64,000 nucleotides of DNA from Haplodiscus bocki (Eukaryota). The stretch spans positions 76,446,001 to 76,510,000 of the forward strand of contig OZ296650.1 of NCBI GenBank assembly GCA_965655095.1, given 5' to 3'. This document shows, in pieces, positions 25,839 to 37,824 of this stretch. A model generated the notes under the pieces. The model was not told where the DNA came from. It made no database searches and saw only the letters and a program-made list of their open reading frames with translations. How positions within the stretch are numbered: the stretch's first letter is position 1; every line of letters begins with the position of its first letter. Position numbers and translations under genes: made by a program.

Positions 25839-28800
25839 TCTGGTACCCTGAAGTATCCCGAAAATGCTATCAGTGGTGATTTGCCGCGTCCTCCAGATTT
25901 TTAAGCCCATCCAACTGCATGCTCATTTTCTTTGATCAAAATATCGACCGAAAAATTTTTTGTTGTACGACTGTGCTCAAATGAAAGACTAGCCACGCCA
26001 ACGTCTGCATTGGTTTCTCAATTTTTAATCCTTGTTGGGAAAGTTTCATTTGAATTACTTCCAAGTTCAGGTGCACAACTCTCCGTTATGACAATGTGGA
26101 ACTCTTCCAAACAGTTATCGATCGAAAGCTTCGCATTTATGGAGTTTGTTTGGAGTGAAATGTCGTTGGTTTTCAAATCAGCATAAAAAACCTGATAGTC
26201 AGAAGTTTCTGGAGAATAATGTTAACAGTGATATATCTTCAAATTTTTACACTTATCACTCTGTGTGAGTACGGGAATAGTTTTCGTCAAAGTTTCTCTG
26301 GAGTGTACTATCACATCAGAGGATGAATCCGTTAAGAAGAAGAATTTAGAGCCTACCTCAGACTGTTGATGTTCCGAATGCTCCAAAAACTGCTAAAAAA
26401 ATTGTGTCGTCGCCAAATTCAAACAAAGATTCCAACCTAACTGGCAGCTTGAGTTCTTCAATCAACGCCTCAGTTGGGAATTACAATTTCTTACAGAAGA
26501 TATGGGTTTCGGAATCTTCTGCTTTTACCCCTGCATCAAAATCTGGTACCCTGAAGTATCCCGAAAATGCTATCAGTGGTGATTTGCCGCGTCCTCCAGA
26601 TTTTTAAGCCCATCCAACTGCATGCTCATTTTCTTTGATCAAAATATCGACCGAAAAATTTTTTGTTGTACGACTGTGGTCAATGTGCTCAAATGAAAGA
26701 CTAGCCACGCCAACGTCTGCATTGGTTTCTCAATTTTTAATCCTTGTTGGGAAAGTTTCACTTGAATTACTTCCAAGTTCAGGTGCACAACTCTCCGTTA
26801 TGACAATGTAGAACTATTCCAAACAGTTATCGATCGAAAGCTTCGCATTTATGGAGTTTGTTTCGTGTGAAATGTCGTTGGTTTTCAACTCAGCAGAAGC
26901 AACAGGATAGTTAGAAGTTTCATGGAGTTCTGTTTTGATGCTTGAATCAAAATCATAATGGTGCAGTTTTTCAATTAAAAAAATGTGGTCATTCGTGAAT
27001 TATCTCGTTCTTCAAACTAAGAGTTCCCTGTAATTACAGGCTCGCTTTTTTTCTTCAAAGTCTCAGCCGAAAGATTGTTAATTGTTCAATTGTGTTGAAA
27101 TCAGCGACAAGCATGACCATTGTTTGCGTCGATTTCATAACTCTCCGACAAATCGCAAAGGTTTTCTTTTGAAACACATCGAATTTCTGTTTCGAAGATT
27201 GTGCTTATTCGTGACTTATATTGACTGTAAACTCCAATTTTCTCCGTGATGGCAAGCTTTTTTCCCGTAGAATTCAAACCGAAGACAATTTACAATCTGA
27301 GAACACAATTTGGTAGAGATATTGTCTTTATACCCTCCCATCAGATTTATGGTAGTCCGAATGCTACAAATATTGCTTCTGATAGTGTACAATATCCAAT
27401 TCCAAACTCAGATGCCTACGTAATTGGCAACTTGAATTCCTCGATCAACGCCTCGAAAGCAATCAAAACGATTTTTACTGGATGCCTCGTTTGTGAAATC
27501 CTCTGTTTGTATCCTTGTGTTAAGTCTCAAAACTCCGAAGTTTCCAACAAGTGTTATCTTCGATGATTTGACTCGATGTTCAATGCAAAAGTTCCCTTCC
27601 ATGTAACTGTAGGCTCATTTTTGATCTTCATTAGTACCTTCTTCCGTAAATACAAGCTTGATTTCTTCCAAACAGCTGTCAGTCAGAACTTTCACCTAAT
27701 GAAGTTTTTTTTTCGACTGAAAAATCTCTTTTTTATCCTCGTATAAATTGCAAAATGATCCGAAGTGTCTGGTGAGTGTTTTTAAAAACCATTTATCTCA
27801 ATACTGAAGCTTATCATTGCGTTTGACTGCCGCAACAATTTTGTCAAAGTTTCTTTGGAGTAAAAACAAACTCAGACAAGAAATCGTGTATAAACGAAAC
27901 AGAAAAGAGTTATATATATAAAATCATCATTCTGTGACTGCGGGAATAGTTTCCGTCAAAATCTCTGTGAAAAAAACTACCTTATCAGAGGATGAATCCG
28001 TTAAGAAGAACAATTTAGAGCCTACCTCAGACTGTTGATGTTCCGAATGCTCCAAAAACTGCTAAAAAAATTGTGTCGTCGCCAAATTCAAACAAAGATT
28101 CCAACCTAACTGGCAGCTTGAGTTCTTCAATCAACGCCTCAGTTGGGAATTACAAATTCTTACAGAAGATATGGGTTTCGGAATCTTCTGCTTTTACCCC
28201 TGCATCGAAATCTGGTACCCTGAAGTATCCCGAAAATGCTATCAGTGGTGATTTGCCGCGTCCTCCAGATTTTTAAGCCCATCCAACTGCATGCTCATTT
28301 TCTTTGATCAAAATATCGACCGAAAAATTTTTTGTTGTACGACTGTGCTCAAATGAAAGACTAGCCACGCCAACGTCTGCATTGGTTTCTCAATTTTTAA
28401 TCCTTGTTGGGAAAGTTTCATTTGAATTACTTCCAAGTTCAGGTGCACAACTCTCCGTTATGACAATGTGGAACTCTTCCAAACAGTTATCGATCGAAAG
28501 CTTCGCATTTATGGAGTTTGTTTGGAGTGAAATGTCGTTGGTTTTCAAATCAGCATAAAAAACCTGATAGTCAGAAGTTTCTGGAGAATAATGTTAACAG
28601 TGATATATCTTCAAATTTTTACACTTATCACTCTGTGTGAGTACGGGAATAGTTTTCGTCAAAGTTTCTCTGGAGTGTACTATCACATCAGAGGATGAAT
28701 CCGTTAAGAAGAAGAATTTAGAGCCTACCTCAGACTGTTGATGTTCCGAATGCTCCAAAAACTGCTAAAAAAATTGTGTCGTCGCCAAATTCAAACAAAG

Positions 28801-31800
28801 ATTCCAACCTAACTGGCAGCTTGAGTTCTTCAATCAACGCCTCAGTTGGGAATTACAATTTCTTACAGAAGATATGGGTTTCGGAATCTTCTGCTTTTAC
28901 CCCTGCATCAAAATCTGGTACCCTGAAGTATCCCGAAAATGCTATCAGTGGTGATTTGCCGCGTCCTCCAGATTTTTAAGCCCATCCAACTGCATGCTCA
29001 TTTTCTTTGATCAAAATATCGACCGAAAAATTTTTTGTTGTACGACTGTGCTCAAATGAAAGACTAGCCACGCCAACGTCTGCATTGGTTTCTCAATTTT
29101 TAATCCTTGTTGGGAAAGTTTCATTTGAATTACTTCCAAGTTCAGGTGCACAACTCTCCCTTATGACAATGTGGAACTCTTCCAAACAGTTATCGATCGA
29201 AAGCTTCTCATTTGTGGAGTTTGTTTGGAGTGAAATGTCGTTGGTTTTCAAATCAGCATAAAAAACCTGATAGTCAGAAGTTTCTGGAGAATAATGTTAA
29301 CAGTGATATATCTTCAAATTTTTACACTTATCACTCTGTGTGAGTACGGGAATAATTTTCGTCAAAGTTTCTCTGGAGTGTACTATCACATCGGAGGATG
29401 AATCCGTTAAGAAAAAGAATTTAGAGCCTACCTCAGACTGTTGATGTTCCGAATGCTCCAAAAACTGCTAAAAAAATTGTGTCGTCGCCAAATTCAAACA
29501 AAGATTCCAACCTAACTGGCAGCTTGAGTTCTTCAATCAACGCGTCAGTTGGGAATTACAATTTCTTACAGAAGATATGGGTTTCGGAATCTTCTGCTTT
29601 TACCCCTGCATCAAAATCTGGTACCCTGAAGTATCCCGAAAATGCTATCAGTGGTGATTTGCCGCGTCCTCCAGATTTTTAAGCCCATCCAACTGCATGC
29701 TCATTTTCTTTGATCAAAATATCGACCGAAAAATTTTTTGTTGTACGACTGTGCTCAAATGAAAGACTAGCCACGCCAACGTCTGCATTGGTTTCTCAAT
29801 TTTTAATCCTTGTTGGGAAAGTTTCATTTGAATTACTTCCAAGTTCAGGTGCACAACTCTCCCTTATGACAATGTGGAACTCTTCCAAACAGTTATCGAT
29901 CGAAAGCTTCTCATTTGTGGAGTTTGTTTGGAGTGAAATGTCGTTGGTTTTCAAATCAGCATAAAAAACCTGATAGTCAGAAGTTTCTGGAGAATAATGT
30001 TAACAGTGATATATCTTCAAATTTTTACACTTATCACTCTGTGTGAGTACGGGAATAGTTTTCGTCAAAGTTTCTCTGGAGTGTACTATCACATCAGAGG
30101 ATGAATCCGTTAAGAAGAAGAATTTAGAGCCTACCTCAGACTGTTGATGTTCCGAATGCTCCAAAAACTGCTAAAAAAATTGTGTCGTCGCCAAATTCAA
30201 ACAAAGATTCCAACCTAACTGGCAGCTTGAGTTCTTCAATCAACGCCTCAGTTGGGAATTACAATTTCTTACAGAAGATATGGGTTTCGGAATCTTCTGC
30301 TTTTACCCCTGCATCAAAATCTGGTACCCTGAAGTATCCCGAAAATGCTATCAGTGGTGATTTGCCGCGTCCTCCAGATTTTTAAGCCCATCCAACTGCA
30401 TGCTCATTTTCTTTGATCAAAATATCGACCGAAAAATTTTTTGTTGTACGACTGTGGTCAATGTGCTCAAATGAAAGACTAGCCACGCCAACGTCTGCAT
30501 TGGTTTCTCAATTTTTAATCCTTGTTGGGAAAGTTTCACTTGAATTACTTCCAAGTTCAGGTGCACAACTCTCCGTTATGACAATGTAGAACTATTCCAA
30601 ACAGTTATCGATCGAAAGCTTCGCATTTATGGAGTTTGTTTCGTGTGAAATGTCGTTGGTTTTCAACTCAGCAGAAGCAACAGGATAGTTAGAAGTTTCA
30701 TGGAGTTCTGTTTTGATGCTTGAATCAAAATCATAATGGTGCAGTTTTTCAATTAAAAAAATGTGGTCATTCGTGAATTATCTCGTTCTTCAAACTAAGA
30801 GTTCCCTGTAATTACAGGCTCGCTTTTTTTCTTCAAAGTCTCAGCCGAAAGATTGTTAATTGTTCAATTGTGTTGAAATCAGCGACAAGCATGACCATTG
30901 TTTGCGTCGATTTCATAACTCTCCGACAAATCGCAAAGGTTTTCTTTTGAAACACATCGAATTTCTGTTTCGAAGATTGTGCTTATTCGTGACTTATATT
31001 GACTGTAAACTCCAACTTTCTCCGTGATGGCAAGCTTTTTTCCCGTAGAATTCAAACCGAAGACAATTTACAATCTGAGAACACAATTTGGTAGAGATAT
31101 TGTCTTTATACCCTCCCATCAGATTTATGGTAGTCCGAATGCTACAAATATTGCTTCTGATAGTGTACAATATCCAATTCCAAACTCAGATGCCTACGTA
31201 ATTGGCAACTTGAATTCCTCGATCAACGCCTCGAAAGCAATCAAAACGATTTTTACTGGATGCCTCGTTTGTGAAATCCTCTGTTTGTATCCTTGTGTTA
31301 AGTCTCAAAACTCCGAAAATTCCAACAAGTGTTATCTTCGGTGATTTGACTCGATGTTCAAAGCAAAAGTTCCCTTCCATGTAACTGTAGGCTCGTTTTT
31401 GATATTCATCAGTACCTTCTTCCGTAAATACAAGCTTGATTCCTTCCAAACAGCTGTCAGTCAGAACTTTCACCTAATGAAGGTTTTTTTTCGACTGAAA
31501 ATTCTTTTTTTTATCCTCGCATAAATTGCAAAATGATCGGAAGTGTCCGGTGAGTGTTTTTAAAAACAATTTATCTCAATACTGAAGCTTATCATTGCGT
31601 GTGACTGCCGGAACAATTTTTTCAAAGTGTCTTTGTAGTAAAAACAAACTCAGACAAGAAATCGTGTATAAACGAAACAGAAAAGAGTTATATATATAAA
31701 ATCATCATTCTCTGACTGCGGGAATAGTTTCCGTCAAAATCTCTGTGGAAAAAACTACCATATCAGAGGATGAATCCGTTAAGAAGAAGAAATTAGAGCC

Positions 31801-31920
31801 TAGCTCAGACTGTTGATGTTCCGAATGCTCCAAAAAATGCTAAAAAAATGTGTCGTCGCCAAATTCAAACAAAGATTCCAACGTAACTGGCAGCTTGAGT
31901 TCTTCAATCAACGCCTCAAT
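25611..31920. repeat. Second HOR block: 703 bp units interleaved with ~1.67 kb units
   Basis: The same anchor occurs at 25701, 26404, 28073, 28776, 29479, 30182 and 31850 (periods 703, 1669, 703, 703, 703, 1668). Confidence 0.95.
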
Positions 31921-34900
31921 TGCGAATTACAAAATCTTACAAGAGTTATCGGTTTCGGCATCTTTCGCTTTTACCCCTGCATCGAAACATGACAGTCCAA
32001 AGTATCCAGAGAACGCTATCAGTGTTCACTTGTTTCGTTATTCATACTTTTAAATTCATTTAACTGCCGGCTCAATTTCATTCATCAAAGTCACGACCGA
32101 AAGATTTTTTGTGGTAGGGCTGTGCGCAAATGGAAGACTAGCCACGCCAAGGTCTGCGTAGGATTCTCAAGTTTGAATCATTGTTGGGAAAGTTCCAATT
32201 GAATTACCTCAGAGTTCACGTGAACATTTCTCCAGCACTACTGTCTTGATATTCTCCAAACAGCTAGGGGTCTAAAGTTTCACATTTATGGAGGATGTTC
32301 CGAGTGAAAACTTTTTATTTCTATCACTGAATAAGAGACTTGATAGTTAATTTTTTCAGACGAGTGTGTTGGTTATTGATTCATCTCGATATTAAAAATT
32401 GCCTGTGTCTGTGACTGCAGTGATTGTTCTGTTCTATCCCAACCTCAAAAATTAAACTTTCAGAGGGCAATTTGATCGCAAAATTGTTTTCTCATCCTCC
32501 TTTCAAAATGTTGGTTGTCCGAATGCTCCGAACAAGGCTAAGAAAATTGTATGATATTCAATTTGAAACTCGGATTCTTCCGTAAGGGGCAGCTTGTTAT
32601 CTTCCATCATCGTTTCCAGCGCGGAGTACATATATTTACCAGAGGTGTCGGTTTTGGTATTTCTTGTTCGTACCCTTGCGTCAGATCTCGATATTCCGAA
32701 GTTTCCAACAAGTGTTATCATTGGTGATGTGTCCCGATGTTCAAATCGAAAAGTTCATGTAACTAGAGGCTCGTGTTTTTGTCAAAGTGTAAGCCGAAAT
32801 ATTTTTTCTCGTACAGCTCTGTTGATATGAACGATTAGCGATACCATTGTTTGCGTCACATTCATAACTGTGCGACAACGCTCAAAATGTTTTTTGAAGT
32901 GCTTCGACATTCAGATGTTTTCACAGGCTTGAATTTAATCAAACAGCTTCCAGTCAAGACGTTCTCAATGTTCAACATGTTGGAGTGGAAAGTTTTCCCC
33001 TTGAATTTACTCTTGGGAAAAAAATAATAGGACGAAGTTTATGGAGAGTGTTTTGATATTGATTTTTTTAATATGGAACTTCAGTACTTTCTTTGACGGC
33101 AGGCATATTTTTCAACAAAACTCAATTGAAAAAATTACATTTCTAGACGAGAAACTGGAAGACACTTTTATAATCCTCCCTTCAGATTGTTAATGATCTG
33201 AAGGCTCCAATAAACTTTATTACTTTTATATCATCAACATTTTCAACTTCAGATTCCCACGTAACTGCAAACTGGTTTTCCTCCATCACGACCGAAGTCG
33301 AGAACTGCACGTAATCGTTTTCGTCTGCGAAAGTAATCGTTTTCGGAGGTTTTTGTTTTGATCCTCGAATCAAAATCTTGTTTGTCCGAGGTTGTGAAAA
33401 AGTGATTCATGAGTTTTCTCAAAATTTAGACCCAAATTTCCACGTGTGTGCGGGCCTATTCTTTTTCTTTGAAATCTCAAAGACTTTTAAAAGGTTTTTC
33501 AAAACTAAGACTAGCCATTACAATATCTTCAAAAGATTCCAACCTGTCAAGCACTTCTCAAAACTTTTTGATCAAATACCCAAAACTTCAAGCATTTTCT
33601 TCTCCTTACCTTGTTATGGTTGCTTCCCGCAAAGCCTTAACCAGAAACTTCACTTTTGCGGAGAAAAATTTGACAAAATATTCATGCTTTGCCCTTGCAT
33701 CAAAAAAACCTGGCAGTCTGACGAGACCAAAAGATGAAAAACATCAATTTTGACCCTTGCATCAAAACTTTGATAGTCCGAATTTTTCAATTAGTTCTTT
33801 TATCAAAGATTGACCCCAAAACTTTGACTAAAAATTACCGTAAGTGCAGGTTTTTTTAACGAAGCACTAACAAAAAACAACGCCTGCAGTCTAGAATAAA
33901 AAAATCTCTTTTTTATTCATTGCCTCCGGTTGTTGTCAGTGCGAGCGTTCCAAAAAATGATAATATCTTTCTAACATCTCCACGTTCAAACTCTTATTCC
34001 TACCTTCAAAAAGCCTGATATCTTCCATGAAAAGTGTCTTGTCCTCAAACTGCTCATTTTTGCACGAGTTACTGCTTTTGCAAACTTGCTTTAAACCTTG
34101 TAGCAAATTGTGAATGTCTCAAGTTTCCCAAAGTTTTACCATTGGTGATTCAACTCCATTTTCAAACTCAGAAATCACCGTAACTGCAGGTTGGTCTGTC
34201 ATCTGTTTTTAAGCTTGTATTTTTGTCTCTGTAGAGCAGTGTTCAATTGGAAGATTAGCCAATCCATTGCTTGCATCGGGTTTCTAACTCTGCGTCAATG
34301 CTCAGAAAGTTTTATTCCTCAACTTTCAACCTCAGTTTTCCGGCACAGTTTTCTCCGTACCTACGGTCTTGACTTGTTTCATCGAAAACTCAATTGGAAG
34401 CAGCTTTTCTGCATTTTGCGCAATTACATTCGTGTCAAACACCGTTTTTGTACCGTTTCATTGAAATTTTGTATTCCAAAAAATCCAAATTATGCCAATT
34501 AGTTTTATTCTGTTCCGTATCAAAACTTCCATTTCTTAGCATTAACAGGCCTGATTACCTCCAACAAGTTGTCAATCGAAAATTGCACGTTTGTGGTGGA
34601 CGTTCCCTGTGAAAAATCTTTTCTTTTGATCGTTGCGCAAAAAGCCTGATAGTCTGAAAAGTCGAGAATTGTTGTTACTGTTGAATTGTCACGATTTTTA
34701 AACTCCTGCATCTCCGCACTTTCCGGTTTAGTTTTCTCAAAATAGTTTCAATCAGAAGCTCTGTAGGTTTGGGCAATCTCTTTGAATCAGAACGTGTCGG
34801 TTCTGTTTCTTGCTTCACAATCCTGATGGTCCCACTTTGGCAAATTATGGTAGTAGTAATGAATCAGCTTTCTTTTCATACTGCAACTTCTCCGTCCCGT

Positions 34901-36720
34901 AAGTGCAGGCTTGATTTCTTCCATCAAATTTTCATTTGAAAGCAATAATCTGATGGAAGATTGTTTTGAACTTTCTAAAATCCTAAATCAAAAAAAATGA
35001 TAACTCGAAACTCCCAAAATTATCAACTGTTCTAATTCATCTCCCTATTCAAATTCTTCTGTGTCTTCAACCACAGAATCATTTTCTTCAAACATGCTAT
35101 GAATTGACGCCCTGAAACTTGCAAATGACGTTTTGAGCATATTTCACTCATTTTGATGTTTGCGAAAGAATCTTGATACTCCAATTTTTCCAAAACGTGT
35201 GTTTCAAAAATTTCACTTTTGTCTTCAAATCTAAGCTTGACTACTTCCATCAATGTCTGAGAAAACTTCACGGTAATGCAGGAGGTTTTGCTTTCAAAAA
35301 AATCCCATTAGATTCTCGCATCAAAACTCTGATAGTCCGAGGTGTCCAAAAAACGTTTCAACTACTGATTTATCCCGATATCCAAGCACAACACGCTCCG
35401 TAACTGCTGACTTTTTTTCCGTTTGTCATCTAAAATATACACTTTTGGGGGATGATTCGATTGAAGAACTTTTATCCTTGCTTCAGGTAGTTGATGGTCC
35501 AATTTTTGTAAAACATCTAATTATTTTTCTTTTATCTCCTTATTGAAACTCGTTTTCCTCTGGAACTACCGGTCCGATTTCGGCCGAAAGAAGAGTTGGG
35601 TTTTTCAAATTGTTGCAAAACATGTGTTTCAAAAAATGATTTTGCTGTTGGTTCCATGCAGAACCTGACAGTTCCAATCTCCAAAAAATGCCAAGTGGAC
35701 TGATTCATCAACGACCTCAAACTCATTTTTTTGCGCAACTACTGGCTTGACTTCTTCCATGAAACAGTCCTAATCAAAAAAACTTTCACATTTGCGGGGG
35801 AGGATTCGACCGAAGAATGTTTTTTCAGCATTGCCTCAAAAACTTGTTAACCCGCAATTTCCAAAAGAGCCAAAAATTTGGTTCACTTCCGTTTTCTAAC
35901 TTTGTTTTCCGAAAACACTAGCTTAACCTCCTCCAGAAGATTTCATTCGAAAGCATCACAATTGCGAAAAAGGAATAGAACAGAAAATCACTGTTTCATC
36001 CTTACTAAAAAACGTGGTGGTACAAAACTTCCAGAATAAGTTCGCAAAATTGCTTCTTATACTCGTTGTCACTTTTCTCCGTAATTACTTGACCTCAAAC
36101 TATCAAATTCTCAATCGGAAGATAAAACTTTGTGAAAAACCATTCGTCGGATAACTTGTGCATTATCTTCCCTGCGTCAGGTTGTTAACCATCTCAGATT
36201 TCTCAATCAACATAATGAAATTGAGTCATGTCCTTGTCCATACTCAATATTCTCCGTAACTAAAGACTTGCTTTTCATCAAAGAAGTCTCTGAAAACATC
36301 AAATTTACGATAAAAAATTCGATTGAAAAATCATTGTTTTAACTTTGCAACCAAATGTGATGGTCTGAATAGTCCAAAAAACATCCAACTTTTGGATTCT
36401 TCTCCATATTCTTTCTCTAGATTCTCCAGTAACACAGGCTTGACGTCTTCGATCAAAACACGAATCCAAAGCTTATAAATTGTGCCAAATGGTTCGGGTG
36501 TTGAATAGTTATGGATTGTTTTCCGGCTCTCAGAATTTTGACAGTTCAAAAACCGAAAAAGCCAAGCATATTGCTTTGCCAACATTCAAATTACATTTTT
36601 CCCCGGACTTCCAGGCTTGATCTCTTCCATTCATATCCTAATGGAAGTTCATGCAAATGAAAAATATGATACCACTGAGTTTTTGTTGTTTTAATCCATG
36701 CATGAATTTCCTGATTGTCT
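31920..36720. repeat. Right diverged layer: degenerate tetramers grading into monomeric relics
   Basis: The anchor motif is still visible but increasingly mutated (gtgactgcagtg ~32411, gtaactgcaaactgg 33261, gtaactgcaggttgg 34180, gtaagtgcaggcttgatttcttcc ~34898, cttccaggcttgatctcttcc ~36609). Confidence 0.75.
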
Positions 36721-36749
36721 GAAAAAGCAGGTCGTATTTCAAATTGTTG

Positions 36750-37512
36750 ACAGAACTCAGAACTCAAGGACTGGCTCAGATGACAATGTTCCGCAATCCG
36801 TAAAGAGTCCGCGAAGAGATCTCAAAGTCCTCGAGATTTTCATTGGAGAAACAAATTTTGGACAACAGTAAAATCTTAAGTTATCTGATGGTCTTCAGCT
36901 CCAATTCAATGCTCTTGAGGAACCGAGATGTTGATTTATAAAGCTTGTTCGATTTCTAGAAAAGGAACGCTTTGCTTTGAGCAATGCACACTTACAGTCG
37001 ATAACCTTGTCGGATGGTTGATATGATGAGCGTACGCCTGCCGGTCAAAATTATGTCTTAGTGCCGGAATGTTGCCTCCCTTGGAGGTTTATAAACTTTG
37101 AGTTTGATCAACTCTGTCCTGATCAATACTTAGATCTAACTTAGATCTAGAGGCTGACCTGTGCTGAGTGTTTTCTGTGTTCCCTATGAAATCTCTTTCA
37201 TCAGGGTTTTGGACTACGCTATTGGGTCCATCTTCTGATGAACCGGTGGTTGATCTCACGGCCACCTCAACTCGTGGAATACTCACAATGTCCATTGTTA
37301 TTGTTTCGTATGGCATGATTTTGACGAGCACTTATTTCACCGTCAACAATTCTTAATGCATTTTTTCAACGACCATCAATCCGGGTTTCTAAAGTTGTCT
37401 TTTTTATCACATCTTCGTTGGTTTTGTTACCAGTGTCGAAATCGTTTAAAGTTTCGTTCAATTGATTAAGCTGCCCCTTCAGTTGGTTCCTCCTTTTGCG
37501 TGTGGAAACCAT
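36750..37512 (-). mobile_element. Decayed gag-like 5' ORF remnant, possibly from an LTR retrotransposon
   Basis: An ATG at 37512 begins MVSTRKRRNQLKGQLNQLNETLNDFD. The protein-like text continues in a broken frame (IPRVEVAVRSTTGSSEDGPNSVVQNPDERDF). MVxTR-type N-termini are common in Ty3/gypsy gag ORFs. No pol domains are seen. Confidence 0.35.
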
Positions 37513-37624
37513 TTCTGTGTAAGTAATTAACACGTAGAGAACGCAAATCAAATTGTAGAATCAAAAACTTTTTTAATTTTTCAACGTGAAAAGTTTTAGT
37601 TGAATGACGAAGTGTTTTTGCAAT

Positions 37625-37824
37625 NNNNNNNNNNNNNNNNNNNNNNNNNNNNNNNNNNNNNNNNNNNNNNNNNNNNNNNNNNNNNNNNNNNNNNNNNNNN
37701 NNNNNNNNNNNNNNNNNNNNNNNNNNNNNNNNNNNNNNNNNNNNNNNNNNNNNNNNNNNNNNNNNNNNNNNNNNNNNNNNNNNNNNNNNNNNNNNNNNNN
37801 NNNNNNNNNNNNNNNNNNNNNNNN
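37625..37824. other. Assembly gap (~200 N)
   Basis: A run of N. The round length suggests a fixed-size scaffolding gap, so the true distance is unknown. Confidence 0.97.

Larger units (their letters stand above)
6200..36720. repeat. Large hierarchical tandem-repeat (satellite) array, base monomer ~170-177 bp
   Basis: Variants of the anchor GTAACTGCAGGCTTGATTTCTTC recur every ~160-185 bp (13902, 14074, 14251, 14412, 14585, 14757, 14947). They are paired with a CCTTGCATCAAAACCTGATAGTCCGAA-like motif. The same pseudo-ORFs recur throughout the ORF track. Confidence 0.95.

Noticed and set aside
13681-31920. Dozens of recurring 60-106 aa ORFs (MSSPNSNKDS..., MMAGFFPAEF...) as a tandem gene family
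   Set aside because: They are short, often start at non-ATG codons, overlap on both strands and are broken by homopolymer indels between copies. They are by-products of the repeat.
6200-36720. CRISPR-like array (conserved motifs with variable intervening sequence)
   Set aside because: The intervening sequences are homologous to each other rather than unique spacers, there are no cas genes, and the DNA is eukaryotic.
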